Below the pieces are notes generated by a model. That model was not told where the DNA came from. It saw only the letters and a list, made by a program, of their open reading frames with translations, and did not search any database. Below, piece after piece: positions 51,101 to 60,100 of a DNA stretch of 64,000 bases (the stretch's first letter is position 1; each line of letters starts with the position of its first letter). This DNA comes from Botryllus schlosseri. Its lineage: Eukaryota. The DNA lies in the NCBI GenBank assembly GCA_051294905.1, contig CM119381.1, forward strand, positions 11,594,001 to 11,658,000. The letters are read 5' to 3'. A program made the translations under genes and the position numbers.

Positions 51101-54100
51101 TGCTGCTTAAATATCCTCCCCTGATTGGGTTTGCTGTAGGTGTGCTTACCATGAAGGTAGTAAAAGCTGTATGTCACAAATAAGTCATTAAACAATAGTC
51201 AAATGTGAGACTATGTCTCACCAATAGTCTGGACACTGTTTTCCATAGCCAAAAGTTATAATTTAGAAAGCTTGCCATATCTGTGTTGTTGAAGAGATAT
51301 GAAGGATGAAAAATGAAGCTGTTTAGGACAGGTGTGGACAACCTGTGGTACTAATTTTGATAGGTGTGGGCAATGCTCCCTCTAATTTTTGATGATTCTG
51401 CGCGCACTCACCAACTCACTGTACAACCCCTTGGGCAACAGTGCGTAACGACTAAAAAAAAGAAAAGGTCATCACGTCGGGTTGTTTGACCCAAGCTCCA
51501 GTATGCTCAGAGAATGGCCAAAATCCCACCAACATATTATATATGCTGACTTGAAAATATGTAACGGATTACACGCGATTTGCTTCCAGCTATACAGGAT
51601 TGTTACATATCGTTAGCTACCAGATTTTATTATTATATCTCTTCATTACCGGTAACAATTCATAATGAGATGGTGGACTTTGGAACTTGACGACTATGTA
51701 CAGTTCCCAGTTTTATGACTATACTTATATCTGGTCCGATTTTTTAAAATGGCGGCGCTGTGCAGCCTGTACATCCCCGGATTAATTTATCACATGCTTT
51801 CTTCATCAATTATAAGAATACATTTATGCGCTTTTGACCGCACAGCATATGTCACACAGTTTTGGAATATAACTTTTCAAATAATTCATCACAGATAAGA
51901 TGGCGAAGCTCTGTTAAAGAATTGAAACGTCGCCTCAATGGACTCATTGGTGATACCATCGTGTCCGCAGCTGCCACCGGCTATCTCGGTGCATTCACAG
52001 CCTCGTACCGACGTCAGCTTGTATCGAAATGGGTTCAAGCATGCACCGATAAAAATATCGCAATTTCAAGCGATTTCAATCTTATCGGCACTATGGCAGA
52101 AAAGAACAAGGTTAATATTTTTCACAACCTTGATGCCTCAACTCGTTAAGTTTGCCAGTAATTTTTCTGCCGATTTAGGGTTACTGCCACTAGGAGTGCC
52201 AAATCGTTCTGTTTTATATCCATACTGTGTTATTCCATTGATTCAATTTCAAGACATAAGTTGGTGAAACAGGTCAGACAGTGCGAAGCTCTTTTTACAG
52301 ATTCGGCATTGGCACACAGAAGGCCTACCACGAGATTTTCACTCGATTGAAAATGCCATCATCATGAAACACGCTCATCGTTGGCCATTAATCATCGATC
52401 CTCAGGGACAAGTGAGTGAAAATATTACTTACCTATCAGAAAGACGCAATAGGAATAATGAACAGATTGAAGTATGTGAAAGCAACCACGCGTGGTCTAT
52501 TACTTTAACAACCACCTTGGCCTACTGTTTATTGTATATCTAAGACAAATCAGTTGAAATTTTCAAATTCGTACAGTTAATATTACTCACGAATTCAATT
52601 TAATTGTATGTGTTTAGGGATGACTGGTTATAGGCGAGACAAGTACTACTATTCCGATGATAGCATATTTCTGCAAACCGTACAAAATCTTTGCATCGCA
52701 CAAAATGCATTGAAATCAAGTCAAGCCTTATGAAACAGTCCACAACTATTGTAATTATATCCCATATGACTCAAGTCTAATCCACTGGCCTATCTCATCT
52801 TTTAATTATAATGTATCACCACAAACTCCAATTCAATATGGTGTTGGCATGTTCAACATTGCCAAAATACCGTAATTATTAGATTATCTAGGTCAGGATG
52901 GGCCAAATGTTACAGACCACGAGCCACACTGTTGCTGTAATACTGTGCACCAATAGCCGCACTGGCATTGTGATACCATAACCCTGACCCTATTCATTGT
53001 GGAGATTGTCCGCAACTAGAAATGTGTTGTGTGTTTTGACAGAAGTTGGCTACAAATGAAATGCATAGTATATGATATCTACTAACGTGCTTCTGCACAT
53101 CAATATCAGATTCCAATTCTAACTACGTAAACTGTTTGTTTCAGGCGATTCAATGGATTAAAAAAATGGAAGGAAGTCGCCTTAGAGTGGCTCATGCGGG
53201 CGATGCAAATTACATCAAAATCGTAGAAAATGCAATTCGAGTCGGCGAGTCTGTGCTTTTATACGATGTCGAGGAAAGTATGGATCCTGGCTTGAAGCCT
53301 GTGCTGCAGTGTGAAATGACACACAGGTATGGGTCTTGTATTTCATATTATATCACTTTAATCTATTTTACGCTTTTACAACCACTGTTGAATCTGAATT
53401 GTGTCAGTAAGTGATAAATTTCTGTCGTTTTACTTGTGATTCAAATAACTCGACAAGAAAACAAATTTACACTTCTGGGTTTTGCACCCCCATTAGAATC
53501 CTTGCTACCACCAGTTCAAAAACCGCTTTTGTATTGAATAAAATGATGTATTTGTTGACAGGGCCGGACAGGACTACATAATGCTTGGTGATACAGAAAT
53601 CGGTTACAATCATAATTTCCGCTTGTATATGACCACTGGGAAAGCAAATCCACATTTCTTACCGGCAGTTTGCATCATGGTGACCATCATCAACTTTACC
53701 GTGACTTTTGAGGGACTTCAGGTAAATTCACTTTTACACTTCATGACAAATTGCTAAGGAATGATGAACATAAAAGATAATCGAGCAAGTAGAACACCCA
53801 GAAGTTCCAGTACAGCTAAAACTCCTAACTTAGAAATTCATACTACCATCGCTAATGAAGAATTTTGTGGTCCCAATAAAATCTTTCATGCATTCCGGTT
53901 AAGGATTGATGCTCCCATCACAAAAGAAGGTGAATTGTAACTTTGATTTCACTATCAGGTATTGGTAATTTTCAGCATTTCAAAACACCGCAAGACTGCG
54001 ATACTATGAAAAGATAGGAAGGTGCCGAAACACTTTGGAGTAGTCTTTGAAATCATACACCTGACCCTAGGCGGTATAAAGTAGAGGCATGCACACTGGA

Positions 54101-57100
54101 TGGGTAGAAATAAGGGATAACATGGAACGTCTAGTGATGAAAATGAATGCAGCATGTGTCAATAAGCGAGGTTGATATGTCAGATCGACGTCCGGTAATC
54201 TTGGGGGCTGACTAGTATTCATTCAATAATTCAACAAAATCCTGCTTCTTACCAAATGTATTGGACTTCATCTGGAACAATTAGACCAAATGTCAGCACC
54301 AAATAAGCTCATGGAGATTGTGGTCCATTGCTGTTGAAGCATATTCACATAAGGGATGAAGCAGTTGTGAAGTCAATTTCTATTTTTATGTCTTGTAATA
54401 TTTCTCATGTATATTCTAGGACCAGTTGCTGTCAAGCGTTGTCTTGCAAGAGCGGCCTCACCTTGAAACGTTACGCGACAATCTACTGGAAAGTATTGCG
54501 AATGATTTGGGGATGCTTCGTGAACTTGAAGACAAAGCATTGAGCCTGCTACAGGTTTACATACTAATTTTAAGTTGCGAAATCCATGTATTGATATCAT
54601 ACGAACAATGCATTCTGACACTAGTTTCTACCATACTTGTCAAAATGTAACAAAATCAAACCATGTTACCAATGAAAAAAATACATGCGATTTCTGGCAT
54701 TTATATTTTTACTCAGATTCACATTCTACCATATTTCGCCTGCTTCATTGATTTACTGTCTCTGTTGAGAACGTATTGAGCATTGTTGAGTTTTGTTGCA
54801 AGAGTATTGAAAAATAATGCATTTCTGGTCCTTTTATTCTGGGCGATATTGCAGGAATTGGCATCTATTAGGCACGTTGTAAGACTGTTTTGTCTGATTT
54901 GTGAATTTAAATTCTTTTGAGGTATCAATCTTGGCATTATATATGTTACTAGGACGTTATACTGCATGTCTAGTATACTGCGATAAGACCAATTAAGGTT
55001 TACAGCAGCGATTCCCAACCGCGGCTCTCACAGCCGCATGTGGCTCCAAGGTGGCCTTATTGCAGCTCTGATTGACCTACAAATATGCCACAAAAATATA
55101 ATCGAGGACAGTCGTTGTTTGTCTCTATGAATAGTTATAGTCGATTTCTGTATATGAATGCTAAAATGAGGGATATTAGTTATCTTTAAAGTCGTGTAAG
55201 GCCGCTTCTAAAAACCGGGAAAGAGAATTCTTGCACATTAGCTTCAAATGCCTGGATGAATACCCGTCAGACAAGGATATATCTTGAGTTCTGCGTTATG
55301 GGAAGAGTAAATTTCGACACAATTTTACTAACATAGTCAAGTATAAATTGCAATAAATCCAATATTACTCAGCGTATCATCCCCCACAAACTTGTGCACA
55401 ACGTGCTGCAGTGAATGAAGAGATATCACATAACGACATAATAATATGTAGTTGTAATGATATGCATTTCCAGTTTATTTCACATTAAAGCACTCGCCAA
55501 TCTGCGTCTATCAATGCTAAAATAACCAATATAGACTCTATAGAAGTCTATGTGCAGTTGTGCATGCTTTTGAATTAGCTGGATGGTAAGATCCAGAGGT
55601 CAGCTAGCTACCTTTAAATTTTCGTTATAAGAAGCCTGCTCGGGTGTTTTCATGCGGCTCCATACCTGGGCTGAAGTTTGAAATGCGGCTCCGACATCCC
55701 AAATGGTTGGGAACCACTGGTTGACAGCATTCCACAGTGGAAAATACTATGGAAACTATAATTTACGTTGTTATATCACCTCTTAGTGGTAAGGAGCGTA
55801 TATTTACGGTGCTCGACTCGACTCAAACCTAATAGAATTAATACTCGAATCATTGCTACCGGCCTAGTATTTTACTGACATGTCATGTAAACAATTCCTA
55901 GTTTTGAATTCAAGACATGGTGTGGTTGGTCTCCAATATATTTCAATCGGTATCTTACCGGGCTCTCATATTTAGAAACAAGAAGGCCATATCCTTGATG
56001 ACGAGGACTTGATGTCCACTCTGAAACAGAGTAAAGTGACGTCAGGAGAAATTGGCAACCGTCTCAAACTGGCAGAAGAAAATGAACGTCGCATCAGCCT
56101 TGCCAGAAGCCGGTATCTGCCGGTCGCAACGCGGGGAGCAGTCCTGCATTTTGTGCTCGCCGACCTGGAAAATTTGAACCCGATGTATCAGTTCTCGCTT
56201 AACTGGTTCATCAACATGTTCGAGCAATGTATAGGTATGTTGGATCCCACACCGTCTCGTGACTCTTCATCAGAGATTTTATCATGCGATACTGAATACA
56301 GGAATTTGTTTGTGGAATGGGCTGTGCAACATATTCGGAAATACATCCGGTTATCATAATATTGGGACAATTTCACTCGTACAAGTCATACTAACACAAC
56401 GCAAAACTACTTTCCACTATTCAAAATCATTAACATAAAAAGTAACATGATTGTTAAGTGGCAATAGTCCAAAAACTTTTTTCCAGATTCCGGGGATTCA
56501 CTGATTAAATTGTTAGGTTGCCTAAAAAAATACTGCAGACTAAATTTGGCTCGATTCCAACTGGTAGATGTGAAGTCATTTATTATAAATATAAAATTTA
56601 TTATAATTTTTTTTTAATTTCCAAATTTTACTGTCGATTTAATGAAATTGCTGAGTTGTTTACAAAAACGATGCAAAACAAATTTGACTCACTTCCAACT
56701 CGTAAAAGCAAAGTTATTTGAGTTTTAAATTAATAATTTTGGGGTTTCCCACCGTCCAGGCTATTTTTGCGAACCCATAATTTTCAACAGCAGTAACTTC
56801 GCTTCTACCAGTTGGAAGTGAACAAAAATTGTTAGGTATAATTCATTTAGACTGCTTAACAATCCCATGGGGCTAACAGTAAAATTTGAATTTTTTTTTC
56901 AATTATTTCATGATAAATTCAAAAATTTCAATTAGCTGTGAGGTTTTGTTAGCCAACCTAACAATTTAATCATTGAATCCCCGGAATCCGAAAAAAATAG
57001 TTATTTTTGAACAACCCTAATTTACAATTACAAGTTACTGACCACCTCTGTCTACCCTCTAGGTCAGTGGTTCCCAACCTTTTTCTAGACACGCCCCCCT

Positions 57101-60100
57101 TTATGATAGTGAAAAATTTCGCTCCCCCCTTCAGATGCTTTCACGCCCCCCGGGTTGGGAACCACTGCTCTAGGTATTACTCAATGGTAAGATTTGGCGC
57201 CTTGAAAATTATGGCAGTAAAATTTCGTAGAACATTTCGAATTCTGGAACCTCATAATCTCATCTCGTTTCATATTCACCCCGTATGCCCATTACATTCC
57301 GCAAGTCGCAGCCTACTGATCTATTGATTTCTTTCCGAAATATCAGCGCACGCACATGACAACGGATCCGGCGGATCTGCCTCTAGAAGAAGTTCGAGAC
57401 CTTTGAGCGGTAACCTCCGACCTCACCAAGTGCGAGAAAGCCCCGACTTGCTTCAGAATCAGAGAGTTTTGGACGAGGAAGACCACGAGCTCATCGATAC
57501 TTTGCAACGGATGATTGACGTCCTAACAGAAGGCGTCTACAGAGTAAGTGGTACTACTGGTACAGCTATTGCTTGAGCTTGGCATTCATTGATTCTTAAA
57601 AGCCCATACTTGTATTGCAGTAATCGTGAATTTACTTCAGGAAATACACGAGCAGCCACTAGATGCCGTTTCTTATAAAAACCTATAACATTGCTAAAGA
57701 AGGTCTCTAACTAATTAATTAGCTACTTTTTCAGAGTAGTAGATTAACGTATGTGCACTGCTTACTCAATCAGTTATATCTTTACACTACTAGTTTTCTG
57801 TATTTTAGCCGAAGCTACGTTGGAATACTTGCTTTTTTTACTTACTCAAGAATTGTTACTTCTATTTGCAATTAATTATACAGCACTTCTGCTTCTACTT
57901 GAGTACTGACTATGACTACTTTGTGTCATGTGATTGTTATGTATACATATTTTCATGCTTGCAAATGATACTTGAATGATCATTCTTCCCACATGTTCGG
58001 TCCATCTCTTGAACATCAATGAAAATCAATGTCAATTTTTGAGTGCAAGATATATATTTATAGATTTACCAGTTGTTAATAGTAAAAGCGGTGTTTTGTT
58101 TTGGACTTGGTGAATTTGCTTCTTTCGATAAAGTTTTCAAGTAAAAAAGACTAATCCGGGTCATGAATATTTAAAATACCATAACTGTAACCTGTAACTT
58201 GATTATGACCAATATAATAGGCAATGTGTGTTGTGATCTTCAATGCAGCATTCTTTTACTACAGGTTGTCTCATATAGTCTGTTCAACGTACATCAATTG
58301 GTCTTTTCGTTTCTGCTGTGCACGGCGATTATGAGAAGCAACGCTCAGCATAACGACTACTGGAGAAACCTGGGACAGTTAGATGAAATGCAGTGGCAGG
58401 CATTCCTTCATACGCCAGCGCTGGCCAGTATGATCAGCGATGAAGTCACGGTATAATATGCAATTATGGAATGAATTTGGCAAATTGTGATTCCAGCCTT
58501 AGATAAAGTTGCTTCCTATTGATAGGATTGAAAGTAGAGTTTTCGTTAATTATTTTCATTATTAGCTCCCTCAAAAGATACCCAGTAGCTATCATATGTT
58601 TCGGTACTCTGTTTACCCTATTATTTGAGCATGATTGTGAATTTTTTTCATGCATCTTATTTACTCTATCATTTCCTGTATCATTCCAATCACCAAGCAT
58701 CTCGAATCCATTTTGGTCTTTCAAATATCAAATAAGTCGATTTGAAGCAAACACACACACACTCATTTAACCGGCTAGCACCGGCGGGTTTCTGCGAAAA
58801 ATTTTGCTCTACTTTTCAAAACTGTAAAACACTACTTCAATGGGATGCGAAACCAACAAGTAACATATCGTTGGATTCAGAATTTCAACGCCTTTCAAAC
58901 TACGCCACGAAGCTAGATGAGAGCAGGACAGACGAGCGTGTATATAATCAAGAATACGAGATAACCTTTTTGTAAAAATGGACGAGTTTTGGTTACTTCC
59001 TTATAGAATCCACAATGTATACCTAGTACGAATAGTTACGTACTATTCACTGCGACAGAGATGCCTCCTTTCAAACAAGGCGTGATTAACCGCTTTTCCT
59101 CAACTCATTCGATCGATACTATCAAAACATGGTACAGTGTTTCACCATAATCACCCAGTCCAACCCTCTCTTTTTCGGAAAAACTCGCCGGTGCCAGCCG
59201 GTTAAGACATCACTATTTCAAGCAATACTGGTATGTTGCTTGTAAAAACACTCACATCCATCAGGTTATGGTAACATTTAATTTCAAGCAATCAAACTCC
59301 AATCAATTTAATTGAGTCACGGTGTTGAGAAAAATAGTACTATTCCCAGTCATGGTTGTTAGTGGCTTGTGGGAATGCATTACCCAGCAATTATTTCTGA
59401 ATTTGAAGTGCATACATTGTGTTCAGGAAAAATTTGATGGATTGACCGCCATGCAAAGATTGGAGATGAAATCTGGTGTTGCAGCTTCAAGTATGAGCCG
59501 GCCATCATCCATTTATTCTCGCAGCGACAGTAAATCGAGTGATGATCCGGATGTTGCAAACTCAGAGGATCAAGGAGTTGTGGAACAGGTAGGAATCTGA
59601 AATTAGGCTACCTATTATATATTCAATCAATTCATGTAATGTATTCTTTGCTATGTTTTGCTTGATCAATGATCACTCTTAAGGCAATAATCCGTCTCTT
59701 CCAGGAGATGTTTGAAATTATAAAAGTATCTTTGGAAAATGTGGCAAAGGGGGTGCCTCCTGTCGACTGGATATCATCATCATCTTGGCAACAATGCAAA
59801 TATCTGGCTTGGAAATTGAAAGAGTTTGAAAATTTGTGCCTGAGTATTGTTAACAGGCCGGATCAGTGGCTGGTTTTTCAGAAGTCTAGCAACGTCTATC
59901 AGCTCATGTCCATTCCGTATGAACCAAGTATGAGGTAAGCATAATACATTTACTGGAAAGAGTTTGACTAGAGGTAAAGGCCGTTTTTTAAATAAAACAA
60001 ATTACCATTCAAAATCGTATGCTTTAAATGCCGCTTCCTTCACTCATTCCTTATGAGAAGAATTCTATTTGTCTCAACTAAGCACAATAATTGCCTAGTC

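Noticed and set aside
53880-54300. Minus-strand APE-endonuclease-like remnant (PCYPLFLP...YFIPP)
   Set aside because: A few residues of resemblance with many stops; not supportable by eye
56235-56359. ORF read-through past the exon 69 donor
   Set aside because: A strong gtatgt donor in phase with exon 70; the extension has no dynein similarity
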